Positions 47,340-55,841 of a DNA stretch of 64,000 bases are shown piece after piece (position 1 is the stretch's first letter; every line of letters starts with the position of its first letter). A model generated the notes under the pieces. It did not search any database. It was given only the letters and a program-made list of their open reading frames with translations, and had not been told where the DNA came from. A program made the position numbers and the translations under genes. The stretch is from IMG/VR virus record IMGVR_UViG_3300032235_000776, positions 27,959-91,958 of that record; one strand, given 5' to 3'. Source of the DNA: a virus.

Positions 47340-47393
47340 TTCGTATATTTATATATCAGGCAGAAATAACTCTGCGGATATATAAATATCGAA
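47340..47393. repeat. Long imperfect inverted repeat (hairpin) in intergenic gap
   Basis: TTCG-t-ATATTTATATATC-ag-GCAGA-aataac-TCTGC-g-GATATATAAATAT-CGAA: 22 paired bases. Confidence 0.85.
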
Positions 47394-47395
47394 CT

Positions 47396-47728
47396 ATGGA
47401 TTTACAAAGAGCCTTTGACGAAGCTAACAAAAGACTTCGTACCTTAAACGACCAAATCTGCTGCCTTACCGATGCAGTAGCAGCAGGTACTTACAATAGT
47501 ATTAGTACCCAATCTTTAATTGCCGGTAACTCTGCTTCTTATGGAGTTAATGCTATACATTCTATAGCCTGGGAATTAGAATCAGGAGCAGGATTAACTA
47601 TAGATAATGGAGTTACTACTCCAGTTACTTATTATAGTAATGGTAATATAGAATTCAGTACAAAAAATGCACAGTCTCTTACTCTTACTGCAGTAACTGG
47701 TGGAGTAAAACTATTAAGTATACTTTAA
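47396..47728 (+). CDS. Small virion/fibre-associated protein
   Basis: 110 aa; N-terminal helix ending ICC, then a beta-rich domain; coupled to the next gene. Confidence 0.5.
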   Translation: MDLQRAFDEANKRLRTLNDQICCLTDAVAAGTYNSISTQSLIAGNSASYGVNAIHSIAWELESGAGLTIDNGVTTPVTYYSNGNIEFSTKNAQSLTLTAVTGGVKLLSIL

Positions 47729-48789
47729 TGGCAAGAGTAGAATTTATAAGCGGAGGAGGAGCCTCATTTGCTCCAGGTGTAGTATCAACTTTTACAGCTA
47801 ATACTATTCCTTATATTAATGGTAGTCAAGTAGTATCACAAGATACTAATTTTACTTACCAATCAAGTCAACTAGGAATAGGAATCTCTTCTTCATTAGG
47901 AGCTAGAGTACATATTAAAGGTGATAATGACTCTACAGGATCAGCCTTAAAGGTGCAATCTGCAACCTATGAAATACTAAACATCTATAATAATAGACAA
48001 GTAATTATGGGTGGAGGTAGTGCAATTGCAAGTACTGATTATACCCTTAGAGGTTTTACAACTTCAAGTTCAGGATATTCTTTCCACATAGCAAATTCTA
48101 CAGGAGATAATGCTGTTAGAATCAATAATTCTACGGGTACTGCTGCAGGAGTAGAAATATATAGAACAGATTTAAGTAGTCGCCATGCTTTAAGTATTTT
48201 TGGAAGTACTACAAGAACTTTTGTAATAAAATCAGTAGGTTCTATATTCTTTCCATATGCTAGTACTGTAGATGATTTAACAGCAGATTCTACAGGACCT
48301 GTTATTGGATATAGTAATGATGCAACTTATCCAGGATTATATATTCATGCGGGAAGTAGACAGGCTACAGTAATTAGATGCGAAGGTGCATTAAACAATA
48401 GTGGTTCTAAATTAAGATTAGCCGGTAGTATGGGATCTGGAGACCCTGTCCCATTTGGTGGTATGTTAAAAATAGAACCTACTTACAACTGGACAGCAGG
48501 TGCCGCAAATATTGCAGGTATAGATTACAACCCAACTGTAACAAGCTTATCTGGAGGTGTTCACTACGGTATACTTATAAGAAGTGGATTATCAGGATTT
48601 GGACTTGGTTCTACATTACCAGTAGCTCATGTACATATAGCAGCCGGTACAACAGGAATTCCTCAAATGAAATTTGAAAGTAGCGCAGCTCCCACTGGCG
48701 GTGCATTGACAAATGGTACCTTCTGGTATGATGGTACAGATTTAAAATTTAGAACAGGTGGAGTAACAAGAACAGTAACATTAGCATAA
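47728..48789 (+). CDS. Tail fibre / receptor-binding protein
   Basis: 353 aa, Gly/Ser/Thr-rich. LGIG...ARVHIKG and FGLG..LPVAHVHI repeats; NGTFWYDGTDLKFR C-terminal motif typical of phage fibres. Confidence 0.65.
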   Translation: MARVEFISGGGASFAPGVVSTFTANTIPYINGSQVVSQDTNFTYQSSQLGIGISSSLGARVHIKGDNDSTGSALKVQSATYEILNIYNNRQVIMGGGSAIASTDYTLRGFTTSSSGYSFHIANSTGDNAVRINNSTGTAAGVEIYRTDLSSRHALSIFGSTTRTFVIKSVGSIFFPYASTVDDLTADSTGPVIGYSNDATYPGLYIHAGSRQATVIRCEGALNNSGSKLRLAGSMGSGDPVPFGGMLKIEPTYNWTAGAANIAGIDYNPTVTSLSGGVHYGILIRSGLSGFGLGSTLPVAHVHIAAGTTGIPQMKFESSAAPTGGALTNGTFWYDGTDLKFRTGGVTRTVTLA

Positions 48790-49298
48790 TGAAAAATATA
48801 TTACAGCTTTCAACAGCACAAGACATACAAGCATGGGCAGATTATTTCTTAGTAGTAAAGAGTCCAGACATTGCAGTAGATCCTGCAACAAATTTAGATA
48901 GAGCAGCAATAGTTAAAGGATTAGAAATCTATCCTGAAGCCACTACTTTATATATAAACACAGTTTTATACTTATTAGAAGTAGATGGAACTCCTTTAAA
49001 TGTATTTGTAAATCCTCAGGAAAGTAAAAACATTTTCCCAGTGGAGATTAAAATCCCTGCAACCAATGAAAATTACATTAATTTACAAACTTTAGCTATT
49101 ACTAGTATTACTGGTTTAACAGAGGGAGTAGATTATTTAAACCCTACACATTGTGAACCTATTTCAAATATGTCTGAATTACCTGGAACAGTTTATGTTC
49201 TTCCGGAATTTGAAGCATATAGAATAATGGCAAAATCAAGTGCAATTGATTTATTTGCTCTAATGACAAACGCAATTATTACATCAACCAAAATATAA
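48789..49298 (+). CDS. Hypothetical protein, probably fibre-associated
   Basis: 169-aa ORF coupled to the fibre gene. Confidence 0.5.
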   Translation: MKNILQLSTAQDIQAWADYFLVVKSPDIAVDPATNLDRAAIVKGLEIYPEATTLYINTVLYLLEVDGTPLNVFVNPQESKNIFPVEIKIPATNENYINLQTLAITSITGLTEGVDYLNPTHCEPISNMSELPGTVYVLPEFEAYRIMAKSSAIDLFALMTNAIITSTKI

Positions 49299-49447
49299 TG
49301 GAAAACAAAAACCAAGCCTTAGAAGTATTAAAACAAGCCCTTAACGTAGCTACTATGAAAGGTGCTTTTAATTTAATGGATACACAAAACATCCTTGAAG
49401 CAATTAAAATTTTAGAAACCCCAGATACACCCCCTGAAAAAGAATGA
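49298..49447 (+). CDS. Small hypothetical protein (49 aa), not in ORF track
   Basis: MENKNQALEVLKQALNVATMKGAFNLMDTQNILEAIKILETPDTPPEKE; fills the gap exactly, with TAATG and ATGA overlaps. Confidence 0.7.
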   Translation: MENKNQALEVLKQALNVATMKGAFNLMDTQNILEAIKILETPDTPPEKE

Positions 49448-49941
49448 AACTAGATGTCGAAAAAATAGATTGGTCATTTGTAGGAGTATGTAAAGCATTG
49501 TTTTACTACATTGCTTTATTTGCCTCGACGTTACTTAACTATGCAGAAGTAAAAAAAGAAGTAGTCTTTGCACTTAGTATAGCTATGATTTTTGATACCA
49601 TTACCGGTATTGCAAAATCCTATAGACTCGGTAAAAAGATTACCTCCAGAGAAGGAAAGAAAGGTATTATTGAAAAGACTTTAATGTTACTTGGCCTTTT
49701 ATTCCTTGGAATCATAGGCAAACTACTTGGTATAGATTTATCCTGGTTAGTAGTAAACTCTTTAATTCTACTTACTATATTTGAAGTCTATTCATTTTTC
49801 GGAAACATCGGCACCATTCGTAGTGGTATAGAAACACAAGAGTTTGATGCAGTATCTGCAGTAATTAAATTTGTACAAACAGCACTTAAAACAATTATAG
49901 AAAAAATCTTAAATCAAAAACCAAAAGATGACAAGAACTGA
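49444..49941 (+). CDS. Holin (phage holin family 4 / TcdE-like)
   Basis: Several TM segments; FDTITG...ITSREGKKGI...FEVYSFFGNI signature; directly upstream of the endolysin. Confidence 0.8.
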   Translation: MKLDVEKIDWSFVGVCKALFYYIALFASTLLNYAEVKKEVVFALSIAMIFDTITGIAKSYRLGKKITSREGKKGIIEKTLMLLGLLFLGIIGKLLGIDLSWLVVNSLILLTIFEVYSFFGNIGTIRSGIETQEFDAVSAVIKFVQTALKTIIEKILNQKPKDDKN

Positions 49942-50443
49942 TTTCGTAAAAAAATATTATAACTACGCAAAAGAAGCAGAGACCAATACTAAGGTCCCTG
50001 CTATCTTTATTTTAGCACAATGTGCATTAGAAACAGGCTGGGGTAAAAAAGCTCCAGGTAATATGATGTTTGGTATTAAAGATACAGATGGTATCAATGG
50101 TAATGAACAATTAATTACCACTACTGAATATCTTAAGAATCCAAATGCTAAGTTCCCGGTAATTATTTCCAAAGTATTTTTACCAGCAAAGAAACTATAT
50201 AAGTACATTGTAAAAACCTGGTTTAGAAAATATAATTCTCCAAAAGAATCATTTGAAGACCACGGTAAATTCTTTATTGAAAACAAAAGATACCATGATA
50301 ACTTTGGAACATGTAAGTTAGATTGGAAATGTTGGTGTATAGAAGTAGCTGCTGATGGATATGCAACAGGTACAGACTATGCAAATACTTTAATCCAAGT
50401 AGGTAATGGCATAGAAAAAACAATTAAAGATTTAAAACTATGA
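49928..50443 (+). CDS. Endolysin, GH73 glucosaminidase (FlgJ-like)
   Basis: ILAQCALETGWG, NMMFGIK, FRKYNSPKESFEDH and GYAT motifs. Confidence 0.9.
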   Translation: MTRTDFVKKYYNYAKEAETNTKVPAIFILAQCALETGWGKKAPGNMMFGIKDTDGINGNEQLITTTEYLKNPNAKFPVIISKVFLPAKKLYKYIVKTWFRKYNSPKESFEDHGKFFIENKRYHDNFGTCKLDWKCWCIEVAADGYATGTDYANTLIQVGNGIEKTIKDLKL

Positions 50444-51048
50444 AAGCACAAGAATATGCTCTAATTATAATCCTGGGATTAGTATCTCTAATTGCATTTA
50501 AAGGATGTCAACAAAATAAATTGGAAAAAGAACTACGTTCATACCAAGATAGACTTGATAACCAATGGGATTCAACACTTCATTATAAAGATAAATTCAA
50601 TAAAGAACATGCTGTAGCTGAAAGAGTAACAGTAGAAAAATATGTTTTACAGAATGAATTAAAATGGATCTCTGAAGAGTTAAGAATAAAGCCTAAGCAA
50701 ATAAAAGGAACTGCAAGAGTAGTTACCAACATTGATACATTCTTTAAGGTAGATAGTTTTTACCAAGATCCTTACATTCAAATTGTAAAGATAAAAGATA
50801 CTGTAAAGTTAAAACTAACTGATACTCTGCAGGTTGTAGATTATTGGAAAAGAAAATGGATACTGGCTCCTAAAAAATACTATGTAGATATTAAGAACTC
50901 AAATCCATATGTAAAGACAACTAGTATACTAGCTAGAGAAATAAAAGTAAAGAAACCAACAATACTAATAGGGCCCTCTGTAAACTTTAATGGTAATTTA
51001 TCAGTAGGAATTAGTATATTATATTATCCATTAACATTAAAATTATGA
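50440..51048 (+). CDS. Spanin-like lipoprotein
   Basis: Hydrophobic leader ending FKGC (lipobox-like), coiled coil, C-terminal amphipathic beta-hairpin; follows holin and endolysin. Confidence 0.6.
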   Translation: MKAQEYALIIILGLVSLIAFKGCQQNKLEKELRSYQDRLDNQWDSTLHYKDKFNKEHAVAERVTVEKYVLQNELKWISEELRIKPKQIKGTARVVTNIDTFFKVDSFYQDPYIQIVKIKDTVKLKLTDTLQVVDYWKRKWILAPKKYYVDIKNSNPYVKTTSILAREIKVKKPTILIGPSVNFNGNLSVGISILYYPLTLKL

Positions 51049-51200
51049 AATTTATAAACTCATGGACTTCTAAAGTCAAGCAATCCGATAAATACGAAAT
51101 TGTAATTAGACTCGGAAAATTAACTCTATTTAAACTTAGCTGGGATACTTCAAGAAAGTCTCATGCTATTATGATCTTTAACTTAGGACTATCATTCTAA
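51045..51200 (+). CDS. Small beta-rich protein (51 aa), not in ORF track
   Basis: MKFINSWTSKVKQSDKYEIVIRLGKLTLFKLSWDTSRKSHAIMIFNLGLSF; ATGA overlap with the spanin-like gene. Confidence 0.65.
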   Translation: MKFINSWTSKVKQSDKYEIVIRLGKLTLFKLSWDTSRKSHAIMIFNLGLSF

Positions 51201-51201
51201 T

Positions 51202-51357
51202 ATGGCAAAAAAACCAACGGCTTCGGCTACAATAAAAAAATTCTTAGCAAGACCTAAGAAAAAACGTAAAGGCATTCATGCTAAGACCAAACATTCTCAC
51301 TCTAAAAGAGGAAAAAACTATTCTAAATCTTATAAAGGCCAAGGTAAAAAACGATAA
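51202..51357 (+). CDS. Small highly basic protein ending YKGQGKKR (51 aa), not in ORF track
   Basis: MAKKPTASATIKKFLARPKKKRKGIHAKTKHSHSKRGKNYSKSYKGQGKKR; fills the gap; Y(R/K)GQG-type basic phage peptide. Confidence 0.7.
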   Translation: MAKKPTASATIKKFLARPKKKRKGIHAKTKHSHSKRGKNYSKSYKGQGKKR

Positions 51358-51362
51358 ACATT

Positions 51363-53552
51363 ATGAAAAAATATATATTTCTACTGCTAATAACAGTAAA
51401 TTTCCTTGCATGCTATGCTCAACCAGTAGCAGCTCCGGACACGGTTAAACTATCTGACACAAATACTGTCGGATTTTCTCTTCTACAAAATGACAGAGGT
51501 ACTAAAATAGTAGTATCTCACTATGTGATAAATGGAGTAAGATATCTACCAAGTAACTCTAGCAGAGTTATTAGAAATTTTGGTACTATACTAATTAAAA
51601 CAAATGGTACAGGATCATTTAAACCTGCAGTATCTGTTACAAGTGGATTGGTAAACTACACTATAAAAGATTCAAGGGGTAGAGTATCAAGCTCAAGATT
51701 AGTATTTATAACTCCAGCTGTTGTTCCACCAGTAACTCCTGCTCCAGTAGCTTTTAGTTATTCCTGGAAAGGTAATATAGGAAATACCGGAGATTCATCT
51801 TGGGGTACTTACAAATTTAAAGGACTTAGAGCACCTACTTCTTTGGCAGAACTAAATGGTTTCTTATATGTAACAACTGGTTTTACAGAAGGTAACGGCC
51901 CTATCTTTAAAACACTTCTATCCAATCCAAAGATTAAGTATGAAGTAGGTAGATCACCTAATGGCTATGATAAAATGTTAGAGGGAACTTGGGGTGTATC
52001 AGATGGTACCAAATATTACATGGTAGGTTTTGATCCCTTTGGTTACACCGCAAATGGTGGAACAGGTTACACTTCAAAAATTGACTGTGCTATTGTAGCA
52101 TATGACATTAATGATAATCTAGTAAATTTCTCAGCCGGCACAAGTTTTAGTAATTCATTACAGGATATCCCTTACTCATCTGGTATTGTTGTAACAAGAA
52201 ATGACAGTACTCAAAAACCTAAAAGACTTGAAGTAGATGCTAATTATCTTTATGTGTATACTAAAGACAGTGTTAAAAGATTTAATAAAATTACAGGGGC
52301 CAGAGTTTCAGCAAGTGCTTATACAGCTCCTGCCGGTGTAATCTCTACTTATACTAGAAATGGAGTAACAATAACTATGACTGCTTCTTCTATTGTATAT
52401 AATGGAGTAACCTTAGCTACAGCTTATAATAGTCCAGCTATTAATAACTATAAATACGTACCTCGTGATTTTAACTTTCACAAATACCAAGGTTGTGTTT
52501 ATATTGCAACAGATGGTACATTTTGGGTAATTGATGCCGGTAATGGTAGAATCTTACATTATAACAATGCAGGTGTTTACATTAACCAAGTTGCTTATGT
52601 TCCTATGAACTATAACTGCTCAGTAGATAGAAATGACCCTACAAGATTATTTGCAGGCTTCTTAGAGTATAAAATTACTTACCCTAATTTAACCTGGGAA
52701 TTAGTAAATAACTGGTCCTATAACATTAACTCTAACTATAGACCCCGTGGTACATATGAAAATGCAGTAAATGTTTTAAGAAATGTAGTTACAACTTCTT
52801 CAGGTACTTTTGGATTACTTGATTCAGTAATCTTATATGAAGGCTACAGTATGGCATATCCTTGTAAGGTAAAACTTACCTCTACAGGATTAGTTAGAAC
52901 CAAATCATATGATGCTTTTGAAAATGTATGGTTTGATCTTAATGGAGATGAATACATAGCAGTTTGCGGTAATGAACTGGGTTCTAGAAATACTCTTTAT
53001 AAAAATGGAGTACAAGTAGAACAATCACCTATCATTACAACAGAATCAGCTTCCTATTTAGATGATGGTGGATTTGCTGTTACTTCAGATGGTCACTATG
53101 TAGTATTTAATAACATGAACAATGCAAAGGCCAACTACCACTTAGAATGGATTAAAAACGGAGTAGTAGTTTCAAGAGCAGCACAATCTATTGCTGGTTC
53201 TCAAAGTTCATATCCTACAACAGATAGATTTATGGTTGATGGAGTAGGTGGTTTACCAGCTTCAAAAAAGATTTCTGTGGTTGATAGTATAGTAGTATTT
53301 ATGTATTCCGGAGAAGGTTTTCAGAATGCACAAACAACTAAACTACATATTTACAAAAATAGACAGTTCTCTAGAATAATTGGTAAAACATATGCAGAAG
53401 CCGTTACAGCTTCAGGTACTACAAATAGTCCTAAAGAATTTGCCGGCAACTCTTTTGCTGGAGATTTAGTTAAAGTAAGTGGTAAATATTATTACTTCTT
53501 CAATGATGAACACGGAGGTGCTTTACATTGTTTTATAATAAATGGACTCTAA
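51363..53552 (+). CDS. Secreted protein: signal peptide + Ig/cadherin-like domain + Pro linker + NHL-like beta-propeller
   Basis: MKKYIFLLLITVNFLACYA|Q leader; PVAAPD...LLQND...YTIKDSRG; TPAVVPPVTPAP; IATDGTFWVIDAGNGRILHY. Confidence 0.7.
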   Translation: MKKYIFLLLITVNFLACYAQPVAAPDTVKLSDTNTVGFSLLQNDRGTKIVVSHYVINGVRYLPSNSSRVIRNFGTILIKTNGTGSFKPAVSVTSGLVNYTIKDSRGRVSSSRLVFITPAVVPPVTPAPVAFSYSWKGNIGNTGDSSWGTYKFKGLRAPTSLAELNGFLYVTTGFTEGNGPIFKTLLSNPKIKYEVGRSPNGYDKMLEGTWGVSDGTKYYMVGFDPFGYTANGGTGYTSKIDCAIVAYDINDNLVNFSAGTSFSNSLQDIPYSSGIVVTRNDSTQKPKRLEVDANYLYVYTKDSVKRFNKITGARVSASAYTAPAGVISTYTRNGVTITMTASSIVYNGVTLATAYNSPAINNYKYVPRDFNFHKYQGCVYIATDGTFWVIDAGNGRILHYNNAGVYINQVAYVPMNYNCSVDRNDPTRLFAGFLEYKITYPNLTWELVNNWSYNINSNYRPRGTYENAVNVLRNVVTTSSGTFGLLDSVILYEGYSMAYPCKVKLTSTGLVRTKSYDAFENVWFDLNGDEYIAVCGNELGSRNTLYKNGVQVEQSPIITTESASYLDDGGFAVTSDGHYVVFNNMNNAKANYHLEWIKNGVVVSRAAQSIAGSQSSYPTTDRFMVDGVGGLPASKKISVVDSIVVFMYSGEGFQNAQTTKLHIYKNRQFSRIIGKTYAEAVTASGTTNSPKEFAGNSFAGDLVKVSGKYYYFFNDEHGGALHCFIINGL

Positions 53553-53787
53553 ATTTAAAATTGGAGATTTAGTTAACGTAGATATCTTAGATACTTTTGG
53601 AAAAATTGTATCTATAGAACAAGCATCTAGTAAACTAAAGAAAGTAGTAGGTGTAAATGGGGATTTGTTTCTGTATAGAATAGATATTGGTAATGGAATT
53701 TTCATTACCACAACAGAAGATTCTTTGGAAGAAATAAAGGTAGAACAAGCTCCAAATGATAATTTAGAGCAGAAATTAAATACTTAG
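53542..53787 (+). CDS. Small SH3/KOW-like hypothetical protein
   Basis: 81 aa, KFKIGDLV N-terminal motif. Confidence 0.55.
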   Translation: MDSKFKIGDLVNVDILDTFGKIVSIEQASSKLKKVVGVNGDLFLYRIDIGNGIFITTTEDSLEEIKVEQAPNDNLEQKLNT

Positions 53788-53813
53788 CCATAGTATTTTA
53801 AAATTTATAACTA

Positions 53814-53845
53814 CTTGAATTTTAATTATTAGTTATATATCTTTG
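53814..53845 (+). promoter_or_regulatory. Bacteroidota sigma-70-type promoter
   Basis: CTTG (53814-53817), 20-nt spacer, TATCTTTG (53838-53845), just before ATG 53855. Confidence 0.7.
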
Positions 53846-53854
53846 AATTAATTA

Positions 53855-54103
53855 ATGTTTATAGAAAACGGCTATGGTAAGACGATACATCTAAGAATCG
53901 AAGATTATTTAGATATGTCCGATGAAGATTGGCAGGAGATCATAGCTTCAGGTCATGGAGAATTTATCGAAAATCCATGGGTAGACTATACCGGAATTAC
54001 AAAAGAAAAAGTTATGCCGATTGAAGATTTAGATGGCACAATTGAATTTGTAGAATTGGATATAGATATGGCTGTAGACGATATTAGTGAAGAATATGAC
54101 TAA
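53855..54103 (+). CDS. Small acidic hypothetical protein
   Basis: 82 aa, D/E-rich, behind its own promoter. Confidence 0.6.
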   Translation: MFIENGYGKTIHLRIEDYLDMSDEDWQEIIASGHGEFIENPWVDYTGITKEKVMPIEDLDGTIEFVELDIDMAVDDISEEYD

Positions 54104-54554
54104 ACCAAAAAATAGAAAAGGCAAGGCTAAAGCTTATAGTCAAAAAGCCAAGAGTAAGAATTTAAAAAAAGATACAGTAATGAATAACCAAAAACAAGTA
54201 ATTAGAAAAGCAACTTGGTCAGCATCTGACAAGTTCATGATTTCAGGTGAAGAATATCAAGCCTTAAGTCAATTTGCAAATTTAGTAGCTCCTTTAGTAG
54301 AGATGTCAAGTAGAATCATGGGTCAAGCAGAGCTTGATGAAAAATTAGCATTTGTTTACGCATATGCTGATGGCTCAGAAGTTGAACCTGAAGTTGCAAC
54401 TCAATATGAGCAAGAAAGAATTGAGAAATTGGAAAAAAGAAGAGCAGAAATCCAAAAATATATGGAGCTCTTACAGGCACAAAACGCAGCAGTAACTGCT
54501 GAGTTAGCAAAAGTTGCACCTGAACCGGCTGAAGAAGTGCCGACAACAAATTAA
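54096..54554 (+). CDS. Hypothetical protein, basic N-terminus and coiled-coil C-terminus
   Basis: ORF track gives GTG 54087; ATG 54096 (or 54180) is a more likely start. Confidence 0.6.
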   Translation: MTKPKNRKGKAKAYSQKAKSKNLKKDTVMNNQKQVIRKATWSASDKFMISGEEYQALSQFANLVAPLVEMSSRIMGQAELDEKLAFVYAYADGSEVEPEVATQYEQERIEKLEKRRAEIQKYMELLQAQNAAVTAELAKVAPEPAEEVPTTN

Positions 54555-54611
54555 AAAACCAAAATTTAATTTAAAATAAAACCAAATTTTAATTTTAATT
54601 TTAAGACAAAG

Positions 54612-54640
54612 AAAAGGGGAGTATTTAACTCCCCTTTTTT
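54612..54640. terminator. Bidirectional Rho-independent terminator between convergent arms
   Basis: AAAAGGGGAGT-attta-ACTCCCCTTTT, with an A tract before and a T tract after. Confidence 0.9.
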
Positions 54641-54643
54641 ATT

Positions 54644-55597
54644 TTATATGGTAATGGTTTTGTCAGTTTCCCATTGTTCCATAGTGTAATCCCACACATC
54701 AAATGTAATATGCCACTTTAATCTATCAATTGCTTGATTAAAACCTTCATAAGTTTTGTGTTCTACATTACCACCATTAAGTCCTATTTCAAATGTTTCC
54801 GGGGAAACTTTAAAAATCAAGGGACTACCTTGGTATTTAGAGCTTTCCACTACAAAATGAAATGGAAGAACTGTAAAGTCTTTTAATGCAGAAAAATTCT
54901 CCTCATGCTCTATCCAATATTTAAGAGCAAGAGTATAGGAGGCAGCTTGAAAATCATATCTTCTTTTCCAGAATGAATATTGAAAACTTCCAGTACTATC
55001 GCCAATTGTTTTAATATCAATTGGAAGAATAGTTTTGGCTTTGTAATCAATAACTATGAAGTCAAGTTTAGACTTCATATCTACTCCATTATGGTTCCAC
55101 ATAATTTCTAACTGAGAAACTATTTGATTATCTACTGTCTTTTTAATAAGAGATTGATACTCTTTAAATTCAGAAAAAGATTTTACAATTTCAGTAATAG
55201 TTTCATAAACAGTAGGATCCAATATAGTCTTACCTTCCTTTAAACAATTAAAGTAAGCTTTATTATCATCCTCTTCCAACTTAGCTTTGAACCATTCAAT
55301 TTTATACTTAGCAGAATTTACGATTTCAAATGCTTTATCAGCATCTTCTTCATTCTTATAATAAGCATCGATGAATTGTTTAATTTGGCCGGTTGGTGCT
55401 TTAGTAGAAAGAATATAAAAGAGATCCTGAAACTTTTCCGGCTCTGTCATTAGGCAATCTACTGCATTACCAATAGTGAAATGAATTTTGTCATCATCAT
55501 CAATCATTGGATTTTTACTCATGTACATTCTTGGATGTACAAGGATTTTTTTAAGTCTGGATTGACTTATGCGGTCTGTTATATCAAAATAATTCAT
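54644..55597 (-). CDS. PD-(D/E)xK exonuclease (RecE/ExoVIII-like)
   Basis: ISQSRLK, GNAVDCL, KSKLDF...IDIKT and YDFQAASY motifs. Confidence 0.8.
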   Translation of the reverse strand: MNYFDITDRISQSRLKKILVHPRMYMSKNPMIDDDDKIHFTIGNAVDCLMTEPEKFQDLFYILSTKAPTGQIKQFIDAYYKNEEDADKAFEIVNSAKYKIEWFKAKLEEDDNKAYFNCLKEGKTILDPTVYETITEIVKSFSEFKEYQSLIKKTVDNQIVSQLEIMWNHNGVDMKSKLDFIVIDYKAKTILPIDIKTIGDSTGSFQYSFWKRRYDFQAASYTLALKYWIEHEENFSALKDFTVLPFHFVVESSKYQGSPLIFKVSPETFEIGLNGGNVEHKTYEGFNQAIDRLKWHITFDVWDYTMEQWETDKTITI

Positions 55598-55841
55598 TGT
55601 AAAATTTTACTATCTCATTTATATCTGAGCTTTCTCTTCTTTCATCGTAGTCTTTTCGATTCTTTAAAATAGCATTTGCTCCAGGAGTTCTAGCAGCAAG
55701 TACATACTTTTCTTTATCATCTGAAACTTCAATCATAAATTCTCCATCTGTACTGATTTTACGTACAGAATTAGGATTGTAGCTGGAAACTAAAGTATAG
55801 AATCCATCTACAACCAAATTATTTAGGGGTTTTACGCTCAT
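55584..55841 (-). CDS. Hypothetical protein
   Basis: 85-aa ORF overlapping neighbours in the operon. Confidence 0.55.
   Translation of the reverse strand: MSVKPLNNLVVDGFYTLVSSYNPNSVRKISTDGEFMIEVSDDKEKYVLAARTPGANAILKNRKDYDERRESSDINEIVKFYNELF

Noticed and set aside
174-50286. Minus-strand ORFs in the track within the late arm (e.g. 174-437, 3722-4054, 31449-31853, 40471-40929, 49963-50286)
   Set aside because: Antisense shadows of long + strand genes, with Ser/Phe/Leu-biased composition and no motifs or promoters.
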